Positions 1 to 11,981 of a stretch of DNA of 64,000 nucleotides are shown here, piece by piece. Position 1 is the first letter of the stretch. Each line of letters opens with the position of its first letter. This DNA comes from Eledone cirrhosa (Eukaryota). Below the pieces are notes generated by a model. That model did not search any database. It saw nothing but the letters and a program-made list of their open reading frames with translations, and was not told where the DNA came from. Made by a program: the position numbers and the translations under genes. The stretch is taken from assembly GCA_964016885.1 (NCBI GenBank), contig OZ024741.1:326678001-326742000 (forward strand), given 5' to 3'.

Positions 1-3000
1 TTGGATTTCCCGAATGTGCCAATGTGGATTTGGACAAATTGCATAGTGTTATCCAGATCATATCTAGATAGAGTATTTTGTAGGGAAATATATAGGTCTA
101 GCATAGGCTGTCCAAAGTTCAAGATAGTCAGCTACACGGACCACAAATTCGTGATCTGTGTGCTTGACTTAGATAGGCTTCATAGACGAGGACCCGGCTA
201 CTGGAAGCTAAACGCGTCCTTGCCAGCGCGCAAGGCCTACAGAGACCGGATTAGCGAACTAGTTAAGCAGGCGTTGACGGGGGCCATCGTCAACAACAAG
301 TGGTGGTTTGCTCTGAAAAGAGCGATTAGAATAGAATCGATTAGGTTTAGTAAGGCTTTAGCAATAGAGAAAAATAGAGCAGAAGGAGAACTAGTTAGAA
401 AATTAGACGAGGCGCTTAGCAAAGGCATTGCGACCGACGTGCTTGCGGCGAAATAGGCCCTTGACCAATTCTTCAATGCAAAGCACGAAGGCTGCGTTGT
501 CAGAGCAAGGGTGCGTGCTCTCAGACACGAGGGGACGAAAGCCGTTCAATGGGCCCGAGTGGCGGAGGCGCGTCGTGGCAACAAAGCCACGATCCCACCT
601 TTGGTGGACCACGACGGGCGCATGCTACTCGATCCCGGGCAAATGTGTGAAGCTTTTCAGCGATACTTCGATCAGTTGTTCGGGGGCAGCGGTGGGCCGG
701 GTCGAGGGATGAACTTTAGTGTCTACCTCGACGGACTGCCGCGGCTCTCGGCCACGGAGGCGAGGTGTTGCGAAAAGCCGATAACAGCCGCTGAAGTAAG
801 GGAGGCAATGACTGGCTGCACAAGGGGTAAATCGCCTGGTTTGGATGGTCTGCCCTATGAACTTTACGTACAGATGTCAGACTTGTTCGGAGGCCTCTTG
901 GCGGACGTCTACTGCAACTGGCAACAGAACGGGAGAATTCCCAATTCTGTGAGCCGACGAGCGGTGGCACTGCTGAGAAAGGATCCGAACAATGGGGATA
1001 ACATAGCTAATTTCCGGTCCATAACTCTGCTAAAGACAGAGTTCAAGATTTTGGCCAAGGTGCTAGCAAAGAGGGTGGCGCTTGTCGTTGGTGGTCTGGT
1101 GGGAGAGGCGCAGACATGCGCCATTCCCGACAGATCCATACACGACAACCTCCACCTCATGCGATACATCGTAGAGAGGGTAGCTAGGGAACCTGGCACG
1201 GGTGGGTCCTTGATCAATTTAGATCAGTCGAAAGCCTTCGATAGGGTCGACCATCGTTACCTAGCGGCAGTCCTGAGGGCGGCTGGCTTTGGGCCCGTCT
1301 TCAGAGGCTGGATCGCTGCCATGCACAGCGACATCTGCTCTGTGGTGCGAGCGAACGGTCACCTGTCGGAACCGTTCAACATCATGCGCTCGGTCCGCCA
1401 AGGATGACCCCTCTCGTCCCTCTTGTACGTATTGACTCTCGATCCATTACTGCACAAACTGGAGACGGTGAGGGGCGTCCCGCGCGAACTAGGATGCGGA
1501 AGATCCGTGTCAGCATATGCGGACGATGTCACCGTAGTGGTGTCGAACGCCAAACACATCGAGGTGATCGGCACTACACTAAGAGAATACGAAGTGGTGA
1601 CAGGAGCAATGATCAACCAGGAAAAGTCAGTGGGCCTGCAGCTCGGCACCTGGAGAGGCAGGTCCATGCCGTCCAACAGCGTCGTCGGACGCTGGATAGA
1701 CGGACTGGTTACATTGCTAAGGGTCTGTGTCGGTCCGGACCTCCAGACGGACAAAAACTGGGACGAGGTGATGAGCAGGGTGGCTTCTCTCACCCAGAAA
1801 TGGGCGGAGAGGAAGCTATCCCTGAAAGGTCGAGCGGAGGTGGCTAACGCGTACATCGCGTCATCATCTGCTACCGCCTGACCGTCGTACCTTTTCCTAA
1901 GCCTCGCCTGACTGCGCTGGAGCGTTTGCTCTTTCGCTTTTTGTGGAAGGGACGCGCTCCAATGGTCAGGCGGTCCATCTGTTGTCAACACCCGCTACGT
2001 GGAGGGCTGGGCATGCCGTGGCTGATGATGCGCAGGCACGCGTTCAGGCTACGACATATCCACCTCTTCCTCGACGGTGATCAGGTGTGGTCGCCGTTTG
2101 TTAGACACGTATTTCCCCAGCTCGTTTCCTTGACGGAGCTGCAGTCCTGGGTCAAGCGAAGACCGAGAAAGAGCGCCTGGAGACTGGAATGTCTTCAGGC
2201 GCTCACAGTCCTCGACCAATCGGGCAATGTGATCGGTGGAAACTCCACCTCGGCGTTCTATAGAGGATTAGTGGAGGGGAAGAGCGACGACGTACTTGGG
2301 GAAAATCTAGGCGTCGACGAAAATCAACTAGCCAATCTCTTCGGAAGAACTTTCGGGCCGGAGCCTATGGACAACTTCCAGAAATCTCTGGCCTGGCAGT
2401 GCTACCGAGGAGCCTTGCCAGTTCGGGATAAACTCTACAGCAATGGAGGTGCCGTCAGCCGGGCATGTCCGAGATGCGCGCAGGGTGACGAAACCGTCCT
2501 GCACGCACTCGTCCAGTGTCCGAAATGCTGACTTGTGGGTTTATGTCGAACACCTGCTGTCACGTGTAGGACGGATCCAGCTATCAGCTGAGTCCATCGT
2601 GAGGATTGCCCCGCCCTCTTCCTTTAGCCGGGAAGCGCAGGCAGTTTTTATCTGTCTGGTGGCCATGGCGAAAGAGATAGTATGGTGGAGACGTTTGAAA
2701 GGGCTGAAGACGAGCACTTACCTCTTCGGTGATGCCCGTATTAACTTTTTCAAATTTCATTTGAAAAGGAAAATGTGGGTAGAGAGGGAAGTGCTCTCTT
2801 CCCAGCATTTTGTTGAAAGATGGGTGAGAGAAGCAAGTATGGCCCGAATGAATGGGCCTTCTCTGAGTAGAGTATGTGTCTGTAAATTAAAGGTGGAAAA
2901 CTGGGAGAGGGCACTTGCCCTGGTGGTCAGGGTCACTGTGGCTTTTTAATGGTCTTTCTCCACCAATGTACCTCGGAAGTCTCCCCCCTATTGGGGAATT

Positions 3001-3135
3001 TTTCATTGTTCTATTATTACATCCTCTGTTTCTTGTTTTTTTACACGCATAAATGCCCATTTTTACCACCCTGTATTGTCCTGTACTGTCCTTAATGTCT
3101 ACTTTATGTAAACCCTTGTGGTTAATAAAGAAACC
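1..3135 (+). mobile_element. Tx1-type non-LTR retrotransposon, copy A (5' part outside window; ORF2 disrupted)
   Basis: ORF pieces 1-456, 511-1407, 1423-1881, 1926-2531 and 2443-2949 give the APE C-terminus (YLDR, YTDHK, GYWKLN), RT (KSPGLDG, LDQSKAFDRVDH, RQG, AYADD, GGLG) and a C-terminal CPRC..HALVQC knuckle. 3'UTR ends ccttgtggttaataaagaaacc followed by (ATT)n at 3136-3157. Confidence 0.95.
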
Positions 3136-3157
3136 ATTATTATTATTATTATTATTA

Positions 3158-3384
3158 CAGTTGCATTTATCTTGCTTTATGTTCATACGAGTTATCACCA
3201 AGTCACAACCAGTGACCTCAAGAGACAACAAGGTCCACCATGTTCAAGAAAGAACATACATACTCACACATGCATCTTTAGTGTTTAGACTTGTGATGTA
3301 CTTATATTGACAGAATCTTCCTTAGTATATGGGCAGTTCCCATTAGTACTATCTTTTGTATTTCTCCTATACGCGGGTTTCCTG

Positions 3385-3385
<1 letters not shown>
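3158..3385 (-). mobile_element. 5'-truncated R4/Dong-like (RLE) non-LTR retrotransposon 3' end
   Basis: Minus strand 3385-3302 reads PGNPRIGEIQKIVLMGTAHILRKILSI*, the typical QK..L.GTA.ILR C-terminus of R4/Dong ORFs. A short 3'UTR runs into (TAA)n, and (TAA)n flanks both sides. Confidence 0.75.
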
Positions 3386-3439
<54 letters not shown>

Positions 3440-3661
3440 TTATTATTGGCGACCTACGTAGGAAATCGTATTATCGTGAGCTCCACAAAGGTTTGTTGTT
3501 TTCAGTTGTTTAAAATTGCCATTTATGGAAAATCTTTATTGTTCATTGTTTATAAGTGCACATACATTGCTTTCTGAAAAGGACACTCAAAAAGATTGGG
3601 GCCTTGAACCGAAAATGTAAACTTTTATAATTATCAAACAAAAAATTTGTTTGAAAAAATC

Positions 3662-5382
3662 ATGGACGACTCACAGTTAGACCAAGCAGCTGAGAGCCTT
3701 CGTCACAAACTAACACCTCACACCAACATCACCATTGTAAATATTACTACGTTTGCCAACACTAAAAATATAAGCAGTAGCAATCATTTAAATTTGTCTC
3801 ATGCAGACATTCATTTTCCGCCATTACCAATGACTGCAGTTGTTGAAGCCGCCACCCCCACCACCACAACAGTGACAACAGAAACAAAAGAAAAAAATAA
3901 ATTATCTCGTGACATCGAAATGGACTGACGCCACCACCACCACAACTGAAACTAAAAATAACAATAACAAAAATAACGATAACAACAACAGCAACAATGA
4001 GAATAAGCAAACCCTGTCTTTTGCCAGAGTAGCCAAAAAGTGCGAAGCATTCCAGGTAACTCAGGAGGAATTAGAAGAAGCCAAGAAAATGGTAAAGAAA
4101 GATGGGTACAAGGTCAGCCTCACCTCCCCACCTAATACAATGGAGAATCGGCGCCTATTAACTGTGTCTTATCGGACGATTAACATAAAATCGCGCCGAG
4201 TGGAACGGGCATCCGAGTCCCAAATCCAAAAAGCTTTCGGACATGTGTGGGCGAAAAAACCCCACATCAGACGTGGGCAGAAATATGGAACCGTGGAAAT
4301 GTTCTTTGGAACACCACAGGAGGCCAGAGAACACTCCACGGCCCCATTAAGGAGTGACGACTTCACACTCGTCCCAAGCTATTGTGATCAGAGACTCGTG
4401 AAGTTCAGGGTAACCCACGTCCCACCGGCCATCGAAATTCCCTGGCTAATGGCTGCCGTCCTCGCCGGCATCGAGGCCAACACCAAGATAATCGAAATAG
4501 CAAAAGAAAAGCAGATCTGGTCCGGATCTGGGATGGAGCTCCTGATCCAAGCGGACGAAAAAAGCATTGAGGAGATCCCAGAGGTAATAGACCTCATTGA
4601 CGGTAGTCACCTCACCGTAATCGTCGAGGGCAGAAGGCCTAGGTGTGTCGTTTGTGGTGAAGGAACCCACCTAAGGGCTTTCTGCCCTCAGCCTAAAAGG
4701 TTGAGGCCACCTCTCTTACCCACCCCAGTGACTCAACCATCAACACCAGCAGCAGCAGAGATGGCAGCAAAAACAGAAGCAACTGTAACAGCAACAACCC
4801 CAGCAACAGTATCAAAACCAACACCACCACCACCCAACGCGCCAGTACTAGCAGCAGGGCCTACACCATCGACCACGCCACAACCAAAACCAACGCCTGT
4901 GGAGGATTTTCCACTCCCCTGCCTATCACAACTGGAGACATATTGTGACGACGAGGAGTGGGAAACGGTATCAGGAAAAAAGAAAAAAAAAAGAAACCAA
5001 AAAAGAAAAAAATTTCTTCCCACCCTCTCCAAAAACAAAATACAGAGGGGAAACAAATAAACTATCAAACAAAAAAGTTAGGACAGATATGCCTCCATCC
5101 ACACCAGCATCACCAACTTCATCACCACAAACACCATCACAATCACCATAATTAACCCCAACACCACCATCACCAATCCAAAAGTTCACACCACCTCCAC
5201 ACATACAAATCACTCACATCACACAGAAAACGTACACGACACTAAAACAAAAATTCCCCAAAGAAATCGGAGACTTCCGACAAGCATTCTCCAGGAGGAT
5301 TGAAAGGGACATCCTTCCGGAGGAGTCCACAAGCAGTGAAAAGGATGGACAAACCATCCTTCCTCTACGAGAAGTAAGGTAA
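3662..5382 (+). pseudogene. Tx1 copy B ORF1 (gag-like, frameshifted)
   Basis: ATG at 3662, Asn/Thr-rich linker, SFARVAK, central domain VSYRT..RVERA..RGQKYGTVE, CCHC knuckle CVVCGEGTHLRAFC, Pro/Thr-rich region, WETVSGKKKKK and C-terminal IGDFR motif; spread over several frames. Confidence 0.85.
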
Positions 5383-5416
5383 GTGGTCTTTCACATCTTT
5401 TCCATTCCATTTCAAC

Positions 5417-8288
5417 ATGACCTCACTCAGAATAGGCAGCATAAATGCGCGTGGCTTGGGATCGTCATGGAAGCAGAGCCACCTGCTCAACGACCTCAGG
5501 TCACTAAACATCACTCGCCATCAGCGAGACCAGAATCTCCGAAGCACGGGCCTTCGCACCGATCTTCGGCGGCTACGATGTGTACGCATCTCGAAGCCGT
5601 CCTGGATCGGGGGGAGGAGCTGCTGTGCTTTTTCGGAGAGGTATGGACCTCGACATACGGGCCATCTTCCTGGACCCAGAAGGTAAGTTGGTGGTGCTGG
5701 ACGTGACCAGCGAAGACGGGCAAGCTTTCAGGCTAGTGGCCGTCTATGCCCCGACAGGAGCAGGGAGGCCTGATTTCTTCCGGCGTTTGGAGACCTTTCT
5801 TGGAACGTCCAGCTCTTTAGTGTTAGTGGGAGACTGGATCGGGATCTTAGATTCACGCTGGGACTGTGTGGGATTAGCGGATAGGGGAGGAGGGTGAAAG
5901 AGCCTCACCAACCTGCTCAGGCGTTTTGAACTGTCTGACAGGTACCGATTGGATTTCCCGAATGTGCCAATGTGGATTTGGACAAATTGCATAGTGTTAT
6001 CCAGATCATATCTAGATAGAGTATTTTGTAGGGAAATATATAGGTCTAGCATAGGCTGTCCAAAGTTCAAGATAGTCAGCTACACGGACCACAAATTCGT
6101 GATCTGTGTGCTTGACTTAGATAGGCTTCATAGACGAGAACCCGTCTACTGGAAGCTAAACGCGTCTTTACCAGCGCGCAAGGCCTACAGAGACCGGATT
6201 AGCGAACTAGTTAAGTGGGCGTTGACGGGGGCCATCGTCAACAACAAGTGGTGGTTTGCTCTGAAAAGAGCGATTAGAATAAAGTCCATTAGGTTTAGTA
6301 AGGCTTTAGCAATAGAGAAAAATAGAGCAGAGGGAGAATTAGTTGAACCACGACGGGCGCATGCTACTCGATCCCGGCAAAACGTGTGAAGCTTTTCAGC
6401 GACACTTCGCCCAGCTGTTCGGGGGGCAGTGGCGGGCCGGATCGAGGGATGGACTTTAGTGTCTACCTTGACGGACTGCCGCGGCTCACGGCCAATGAGG
6501 CGGATTATTGCGAAAAGCCGATAACAGCCGCTGAAATACGGGAGGCAATGAGTGGCTGCACAAGGGGTAAATCGCCTGGTTTGGATGGTCTGCCAGACTT
6601 GTTCGGAGGCCTCTTGGCGGACGTCTACTGCAACTGGCACCAGAACGGGAGAATTCCCAGCTCTTGGAGCCGAAGAGCTGTGGCGCTGCTGAGAAATGAT
6701 CCGAACAAGGGGGATAACATACATAATTTCAGGCCCATAACTCTGCTAAACACAGAGTTCAGGATTTTGGCCAAGGTGCTAGCAAAGAGGTTGGCGCTTG
6801 TCGTTAGTGGTCTGGTGGGAGAGGGGCAGACGGGCGCCATGAAAAGCGACATCTGCTCTCTGGTGAGAGTGAACGGTCACCTTTCGGAACCGTTCAACAT
6901 CATGCGCTCAGTCCGCCAAGGATGTCCCCAATCGTCCCTCTTGTACGTATTGACTCTCAAGCCATTACTGCACAAACTGGAGACGTTGAGGGGGTCCCGC
7001 GCGAACTAGGATGCTGAAGATCCGTGTCAGCTTATGCGGACGATGTCACCGTAGTGGTGTCCAACGCCAAACACATCGAGGCGATCGGCACTACACCAAG
7101 AGAATACGAAGCGGTGACAGGAGCAATGATCAACCAGGAAAAGTCAGTGGGCCTGCAGCTCGGCACCTGGAGAGGCAGTTCCATGCCCTCCAACAGCGTC
7201 GTCGGGCGCTAGACGGACGAACCGGTTTAATTGCTAAGGGTCTGGTTAGGTCCAAATCTCCAGACGGACAAAAACTGGGACGAGGTGACGAGCAGGGTGG
7301 CTTCTCTCACCCAGAAATGGGCGGAGAGGAAGCTATCCCTGAAAGGTCGAGCGGAGGTGGCCAACGCGTACATCGCGTCCGTCATCTACTACCGCCTGAC
7401 CGTCGTACCTTCTCCTAAGCCCCGCCTGACTGCGCTGGAACGTTTGCTCTTTCGCTTTTTGTGGAAGGGACGCGCTCCGATGGTCAGGTGGTCAATCTGC
7501 CGTCAACAACCGCTACGTGGAGGGCTAGGAATGCCGTGGCTGATGATTCGCAGACACGCGCTCAGGATACGACATCTCCACATTTTCCTCGACGGTGATC
7601 AGGTGTGGTCGCCGTTTGCTAGAAGAGTCTTTCCCCAGCTCGTCTCCTTGACGGAGTTGCAGTCCTGTGTCAAGCGAAGACCGAGAGGGAGCGCTTGGAG
7701 ACTGGAATGTGTTCAGGCGCGCACAGCCCTCGACCAATCGGGAAATGTGATCGGTGGAAACTCCACCATGGCGTTCTATAGAGGATTAGTGGAGGGGAAG
7801 ACCGACGACGTACTTGGAGAAACTCTAGGCGTCGACGAAAGTCAACTAGCCAATCTCTTCGGAAGGACTTTCGGGCCGGGGCCTATGGACAACTTCCAGA
7901 AATCTCTGGCCTGGCAGTGCTACCGAGGAGCTTTGCCAGTTCGGGATAAACTCTACAGGCATGGAGGTGCCGTCAGCCGGGCATGTCCGAGATGCACTCA
8001 GAGCATCGTGAGGATTGCCCCGCCCTCTTCCTTTAGCAGGAAGGGCAGATCGTTTTTATCTGTCTGGTGGCCATGGGGAAAGAGATAGTATGGTGGACAG
8101 GTTTGAAAGGGCTGAAGACGAGCACTTACCTCTTCGGTGATGCTCTGATTAACTTTTTCAAATTTCATTTGAAAAGGAAAATCAGGGTAGAGAGGGAAGT
8201 GCTCTCTTCCCAGCATTTTGTTGAAAGATGGGTGAGAGAAGCAAGTATGGCCCGAGTGAATGGGCCTACTCTGAGTATGTGTCTGTAA
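5417..8288 (+). pseudogene. Tx1 copy B ORF2 (APE endonuclease-RT)
   Basis: MTSLRIGSINARGL start, GGGAAVL, VYAP, VGDW, RT motifs. Has stops, frameshifts and deletions relative to copy A near 6345, 6593, 6833 and 8000. Confidence 0.93.
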
Positions 8289-8521
8289 ATTAAAGGTGGA
8301 AAACTGGGAGAGGGCACTTGCGCTTGTGGTCAGGGTCACTGTGGCCTTTTAATGGTCTTTCTCCACAAATGTCCCTCGGAAGTCTCCCTCCTATTGGGGA
8401 ATTTTTCATTGTTATTTTTTGTTACATCCTCTTGTTTTTTTACACGCAGAAATCCCCATTTCTACCGTCCTACTGTCCTTAATGTCTACTTTATGTAAAC
8501 CCTTGTGGTTAATAAAGAAAG

Positions 8522-8576
<55 letters not shown>

Positions 8577-8611
8577 ATAAAGAAAACATTATTATTATTA
8601 TTACTATATAT

Positions 8612-9000
8612 ATATATCAAAATGAAAATCCGAAGGCATGGTAAAATTCAAATCATTTAATCACGACACATGTTTCAATAAGAGATAGATCGATTGTGTA
8701 GCCATGATCGATTATCACGGATCTCATCAGGGGAAAATGAATTGTCTTCAAATTCTTGATATGAGGGAGAAAAAAATAAGGATGTTCTCTCACAGACTTC
8801 ATTCCCTCAAATGAACACACACCAGTACTAGACACTGCTTTTAACTTCAGTTGAGGTCATAAAAGTGTTCAGGTTTCTATCGCTGCAAAATAATCTGGAC
8901 ATCAATCAAATCTGTAGGGATACAGTCAGTCACAGTTAATGTGAGTGTGTACACACACATTCCACACCCACATACACCGGCTCGAGGTCAAAGAAAAATA
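8612..9000 (-). mobile_element. Penelope-type terminal (pLTR-like) repeat, family H1, with hammerhead motif
   Basis: Homologous to 11985-12168, 12180-12369 and 15285-15670; abuts (TA)n. Minus strand 8661-8734 reads CTGATGA-long stem II-GAAA-CATGTG-TC. Confidence 0.75.
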
Positions 9001-9018
9001 TATACATATATATATATA

Positions 9019-9115
9019 GAGGTGTGTTATCCAACACAGAAGGTGAAGTAAAAAACACAGGATAGTAAAATCCTGTGTTTTTTTATTTCACCTTCTGTGT
9101 TGGATAACACACCTC
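9019..9115. repeat. Near-perfect hairpin (about 45-bp arms)
   Basis: gaggtgtgttatccaacacagaaggtgaagtaaaaaacacaggat / atcctgtgttttttatttcaccttctgtgttggataacacacctc, next to (TA)n. Confidence 0.85.
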
Positions 9116-9489
9116 CACCACTCAAACAACTATCTTAAAAGCTCATTGGCCTATATGACGGGAAATCGCACTTACAGACGCATTTACCCAATACCCAACC
9201 CTACAGGGAGCCCTTTGCTGGCCTACATTGCGGTTGCTTGCACGCACGGATCTGGTGACTCGGATTCTCAATGGGACAGCGGTACATACTGAGTTCGATA
9301 TGAGCTGATTGCTTACTCTTCACATGGATGTGTATATACCCGTACATACCCCCCTTTTTTTTTGGGGGGGGGGGGCGATTCGGATGTGTATATACCATAA
9401 CATACACTTGAAGATATGGATGTTACAATTCAATCTATACACTTATAGCAGAACACTGAACTGAACTTACTTGTTGTGTGTGTGTGTTG

Positions 9490-10147
9490 TGGCATCGAAT
9501 AACTCCTCTGGCTTTGTTATTTGCATGTGCCTCAGTGGACATGTGAACGCACTTTGTACTCTTCGTTTAGTAATTCATTTATCTCTTGGGGATTCTCGGT
9601 TTATGAACCGTCTGTATGGAAGAATGGCCCAAACTTGCAGTGTACCGAGGCAGTTTCTTTTGCAAATTTAAAGAAGGCCTTAGGGTTTGTTTTAATATTT
9701 TCTATGGCCCTCCTTTCTTTCTTTGCCATCTCATTTTCATGGGAAACTTTGAGTGAAATCTCGGTGTCAAGTAATGCACGTTTCTAATAGCATTCCTTAT
9801 TGTGATTGTTTTCTTGTGCATTCAACTAGTTTGAGAGCTTGGTTCTTCGTCTCATAAGGATTTTCCTATGACTGGGAATAAGATTTTTTTTTCTGTTGGC
9901 CTTTTACTCCGGGACAAACTTTTGGCATATAGTGTGTATCGTTGTCATGAAGTGTTGAAATTGTGTGTTGGTGTCTTGAGTGGCGGTGTTTTCGTTCCAT
10001 ATTTGCTTCCGGATTTCTCTCTTCATATTTTTCCAGTTAGCCTTGTAGAAGTTAAGGCTGGATAAGGTCCCGGTGCTTCTTGATGGTTGTGTCCCTGTGG
10101 GTTCTCTCGGACCACACATCATTAAAAATTAGTTGTCAGAAGTGGGA
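9490..10147 (-). mobile_element. Decayed CR1/L2/Jockey-type LINE ORF2 fragment (APE end and linker)
   Basis: PTSDN.. (SDH-like), then LNFYKANWKNMKREIRKQIWNE..QFQHFMTTIHTICQKFVPE, a typical APE-RT linker. Confidence 0.65.
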
Positions 10148-10917
10148 TATATATGTGTATATATATATATATATATGAAAACAGGGAGAAAGAGACGATT
10201 ATTAGGAACAAAAAACTATTTTTTCCTTTTTTGTTTCTCTCTCTCTTTTTACTGGGTTAGAAAATGATTAAAACGAAATGTTTTACTTTGTGTGAAGTGT
10301 TAAGGTATTAGTTAGTTGATTTATTTATTATTTAACAATGGGATTTATTTATCTATTTATATATTTAATTATTGCATTTTTATGCATTATCAAATGATAG
10401 TGAAATGTCGCACATGTTGAAGAGAAGGTGCAGAAATAATAATGTTATTTACAAACAACGTTTATGAAGTGAAAAGAAAAAGGAAAAAAAAAACGTTCAT
10501 AATGTAGAGCATATAAAGTCAACGTGGAAGAAAAAATAATGTTATTTACAAGCATATTTATTGAAGTTAAGCAGATCAAAATGTGTTAATATCGCAAGAG
10601 TGCTTAGTTGATCCATGATTCCATGATGGAGGCAAATGATGGACTGAGGTTTGATATGATTTCCCTTTTTAAAGAGTTAATATGCAGAGGGGAAGCAATT
10701 CTTTCTGGATGATATTTAATTTATTTAAGAAAAAGGATGAGGTAGGGTGTGAGGATGGTAACTGTTGTAAATGTTATATATATAGTGGTTGAACACTGGA
10801 AGGTAATATCCGTAGTGGTAGAGCACTCAGTCCATGGGACGAGTTAAGTAGAAGTGATTACACAACATTTAGTTCACCATACTGATGTAGTGCGGTGAAC
10901 TAACTGTTGTGTAACCA

Positions 10918-10993
<76 letters not shown>

Positions 10994-11076
10994 AAAGGTA
11001 AACAGAAATAACAACACAATCGGTACAGTATATGGAAGGGATATATTAGGTTAACACTTGATATACCAGGAAGTGA

Positions 11077-11113
11077 GTCTTAATGTTTCGGACTCTAGTC
11101 CTTCATCAGAAGA
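11077..11113 (-). ncRNA. Minimal type I hammerhead ribozyme motif
   Basis: tctt CTGATGA a ggac-taga-gtcc GAAA catt a aga. The downstream 100 nt (to about 10992) match 14105-14204 on +. Confidence 0.6.
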
Positions 11114-11981
11114 AAGAATGAGAAATAAGATAGATTGAGGGGGCGGGTGGGTTGGAATTGGAAAACATGTCATTAGATAAAAATAACAGGTGCAATAGCT
11201 TTGTATATTCATACGCTATGATTGTATAGCTTCAAATTGAATGGAAATTTGATGGGTGACGTATTGGTGTAAATAGTTAACACAGTGGTCATGATAGCAA
11301 AGATGTGGGCTCGTGTCCCATGTACGTCAATGCTCATCCTTTTTCAATTCAGTGGGCTAATTTACTTAGTAAAAAATACGGTGGAAGCTCTATTTCACTA
11401 TCTGATATATATATATATGTATGTATGCGTGTGTATCCAGCTGTTACGGCTACCTTTCGCTCTGAGAAAACTCCAATTTTACGAATATATATGTTACGAA
11501 TATATATGTTTATCTCGGGTTCAGTCTGGGGGTAACACTGTGAATAAGTTACTCAATACATAGCAGAGTATAATATTTAATATAGAAATGGTTACTACGT
11601 ACTAGAACTGTATCATTCAAAGGAAATCATCAGGAAAAGCCTTTCCATATATATAACTGTCGATGTGATGTGGTATTTATACATATTCCGTTGGTAGAGG
11701 AAGGTGGTGATTGGAATGGGTCATTGGTTGATGGATTTAAAGGATGGGGATTCTTTGAATCTATATTTTGGGAAATATACTGTGATAAAGATTGATACAA
11801 ATGCAGGCAATCCTAATAGTCAAGGTTCATTTATTCTAAGCCCGAAAAAGAGTTTTCATGAAGTGGCTGTTTCAACATGTTCTGTTAAAGGGTGTTTAAG
11901 TCTTCCAATGATAGGGTGTATACAATCACACACACACACATACATATACAGAAACACACACATATATATATATAAATATAT

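Larger units (their letters stand above)
3448..8522 (+). mobile_element. Tx1-type non-LTR retrotransposon, copy B (full extent, internally deleted ORF2)
   Basis: Starts directly after (TTA)n 3386-3447. Contains 5'UTR, ORF1, ORF2 and a 3'UTR nearly identical to copy A; (ATT)n tail at 8523-8604. Confidence 0.95.

Noticed and set aside
1359-1991. Antisense and alternate-frame ORFs over Tx1 ORF1/ORF2 (e.g. 27957-28424, 30869-31471, 36917-37537)
   Set aside because: Shadow ORFs from GC-rich or low-complexity coding sequence; boundaries not conserved and no motifs
10134-10148. tgtcagaagtgggat resembles a tRNA-Leu primer-binding site
   Set aside because: No TGG start and no LTR; it coincides with the PTSD codons of the LINE endonuclease fragment on the minus strand
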